Positions 45,551-47,067 of a stretch of DNA of 47,067 bases are shown piece by piece. A program made the position numbers and the translations under genes. Within the stretch, counting starts at the first letter, position 1; each line of letters begins with the position of its first letter. The DNA comes from Candidatus Gastranaerophilales bacterium (GTDB taxonomy: Bacteria > Cyanobacteriota > Vampirovibrionia > Gastranaerophilales > Gastranaerophilaceae): NCBI GenBank assembly GCA_947626645.1, contig CANQSZ010000001.1, positions 1 through 47,067 on the forward strand, written 5' to 3'. The notes under the pieces were generated by a model that saw nothing but the letters and a program-made list of their open reading frames with translations, did no database searches and was not told where the DNA came from.

Positions 45551-46554
45551 TGATAATAACACGAACACCATTTAGAATAAGTTTTGCGGGCGGCGGAAGT
45601 GATTTGAAAAATTACTATGAAAAATACGGCGGCTCCGTACTCAGTGTTTCAATTAATAAGTATATTTATTTGTCGATGCACCCTTATTTTGATGAAAACG
45701 GATACTTGTTAAAATATTCAAAAACGGAGCAGCCCAATAGTGTTGATGAAATACAACATAAAATTATAAAAGACGTATTCAAAAAATATGATATCAAAGG
45801 TGTTGATTTTAATTCAAGTGCAGATATCCCGTCGGGTACGGGGTTGGCATCATCGTCTGCGTTTACTGTCGGGTTGATTAATTTGTGTAATGCTTATACG
45901 GATAAGTATATGAATAAACAGGATATAGCGGATTTGGCATGTAAGATTGAAATAGAAGATTTAAAAGAACCGATAGGCAAACAGGATCAATACGCTTGTG
46001 CTTGCGGAGGGTTGAATTTTATCGAGTTTTATAAAGACGGGGTTGTGGATGTGGAAAAGTTATATCTTCAATCCGATGCGTACCATGTTTTGGAGAAAAA
46101 TCTTTTGATGTTTTATACGGGTCAAACTCGTGCGGCGGGAAGCATATTGGCAGAGCAAAAGAAAAATACAACCGATGATGAGGCAAAAATTAAGAACTTG
46201 CATAAAATGGTACAACTTTCCAAGGACTTAAAATCAGAGTTGTTGAGGGGTAATACCAATGCGATGGGTGAAATATTGCATGCCGGTTGGATGTATAAAA
46301 AAGAATTGGCAAAAGGAATAACAAATCCCGAAATAGATGAAGCGTATCAAACAGCCTTGGATAACGGAGCAAGGGGCGGAAAACTGCTGGGTGCCGGCGG
46401 CTGCGGATTTTTATTGTTTTATGTGGAAGAACAACACCGCACACGTGTAAGACGTGCGTTAAAGGATTTAAAAGAAATCGATTTTAAATTTGACAATAAG
46501 GGTACCAGTATAGTTTACTATAACAAGTTGAATTTATATAGGAGCGCAAAATAA
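45550..46554 (+). CDS. hddA: GHMP-family D-glycero-alpha-D-manno-heptose 7-phosphate kinase
   Basis: 334 aa. RTPFRISFAGGGSDL N-terminus, GHMP motif PSGTGLASSSAF, and GGKLLGAGGCGF. Start overlaps the previous stop. Confidence 0.85.
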   Translation: MIITRTPFRISFAGGGSDLKNYYEKYGGSVLSVSINKYIYLSMHPYFDENGYLLKYSKTEQPNSVDEIQHKIIKDVFKKYDIKGVDFNSSADIPSGTGLASSSAFTVGLINLCNAYTDKYMNKQDIADLACKIEIEDLKEPIGKQDQYACACGGLNFIEFYKDGVVDVEKLYLQSDAYHVLEKNLLMFYTGQTRAAGSILAEQKKNTTDDEAKIKNLHKMVQLSKDLKSELLRGNTNAMGEILHAGWMYKKELAKGITNPEIDEAYQTALDNGARGGKLLGAGGCGFLLFYVEEQHRTRVRRALKDLKEIDFKFDNKGTSIVYYNKLNLYRSAK

Positions 46555-47067
46555 TGATAAATAAGGCGAATGTGTATTTCAGCAGGTTAAAAGAGTGCAT
46601 AGACAATTTAGACAGGAATGAGGTTGACGAATTTATCAATGTAATGTTGAAAGCAAGAGACAGAGGCAGTCATATTTATACAATGGGTAATGGCGGTTCT
46701 GCTGCGACGGCAAGCCATTTTTGCTGCGATTTTAATAAAGGCATGAGCTATAAACAGGATAAAAAGTTCAGATTGATATGCTTAAATGATAATATACCGA
46801 CGATGATGGCTTATGCAAACGATGTGAGTTACGAGAATGTATTTGTGGAGCAGTTAAAGAATTTTTTGAGAGCAGACGATGTTGTGATTGGGATATCGGG
46901 CAGCGGGAACAGTAAGAATATAATAAACGCGATTGACTGGGCGAATAAGAATGGCGGAATAACGGTCGGATTAACGGGTTTTGGCGGCGGTAAGCTAAAA
47001 CAGATTGCAAAACACAGTGTCAATACGAATATTGAAGATATGCAAATAACTGAAGATGTACACATGA
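46554..47067 (+). CDS. gmhA: SIS-domain sedoheptulose 7-phosphate isomerase (GmhA-like), 3' end beyond the window
   Basis: Hand translation from ATG 46554 (TAATG overlap with hddA): MINKANVYFSRL...HIYTMGNGGSAATASHFCCDFNKG...VVIGISGSGNSKNIINAI...GLTGFGGGKL. It stays open to the window end and is not in the ORF track. Confidence 0.8.
   Translation, partial: MINKANVYFSRLKECIDNLDRNEVDEFINVMLKARDRGSHIYTMGNGGSAATASHFCCDFNKGMSYKQDKKFRLICLNDNIPTMMAYANDVSYENVFVEQLKNFLRADDVVIGISGSGNSKNIINAIDWANKNGGITVGLTGFGGGKLKQIAKHSVNTNIEDMQITEDVHM

Overview
47 kb chromosomal segment from a low-GC (about one third G+C by eye) diderm bacterium. The diderm call rests on LptB plus an LptF/G permease, a TolC-like outer-membrane factor, a GT9 heptosyltransferase fragment and a heptose-nucleotide pathway. 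TTG and GTG starts are frequent. Most of the window is housekeeping and envelope genes: rsmD, tpiA, mfd, a parvulin PPIase lipoprotein, a MarR-EmrA-EmrB locus with a divergent OMF, ilvE, dnaN, a GT39/ArnT-like transferase, hisS, murA, lptB-lptF/G, manC, recJ, and two c-di-GMP signalling proteins. The 3' end holds a glycan cluster: two GT2 genes, an SDR epimerase, and a complete GDP-D-glycero-alpha-D-manno-heptose pathway with a fused HddC-GmhB. The parts most worth a second look are these. (1) A GC-rich non-coding island around a stand-alone tRNA-Ile(GAT) at 37.5-38.1 kb, with tRNA-derived fragments, shared 13-mers and a duplicated terminator module, directly followed by a hipB-hipA-higA-like cassette with three evenly spaced operator palindromes. 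(2) A 734-aa orphan protein whose C-terminus carries a calpain-like Cys protease signature. (3) A dense cluster of the 9-mer TGTAGAAAA, one mismatch from the cyanobacterial-type DnaA box, in the AT-rich gap upstream of dnaN; this is a candidate oriC. (4) Several small XRE or small-ORF modules with near-consensus promoters and operators. No CRISPR array, transposase, integrase or rRNA was seen. All functional calls come from motif recognition by eye; no database search was run.
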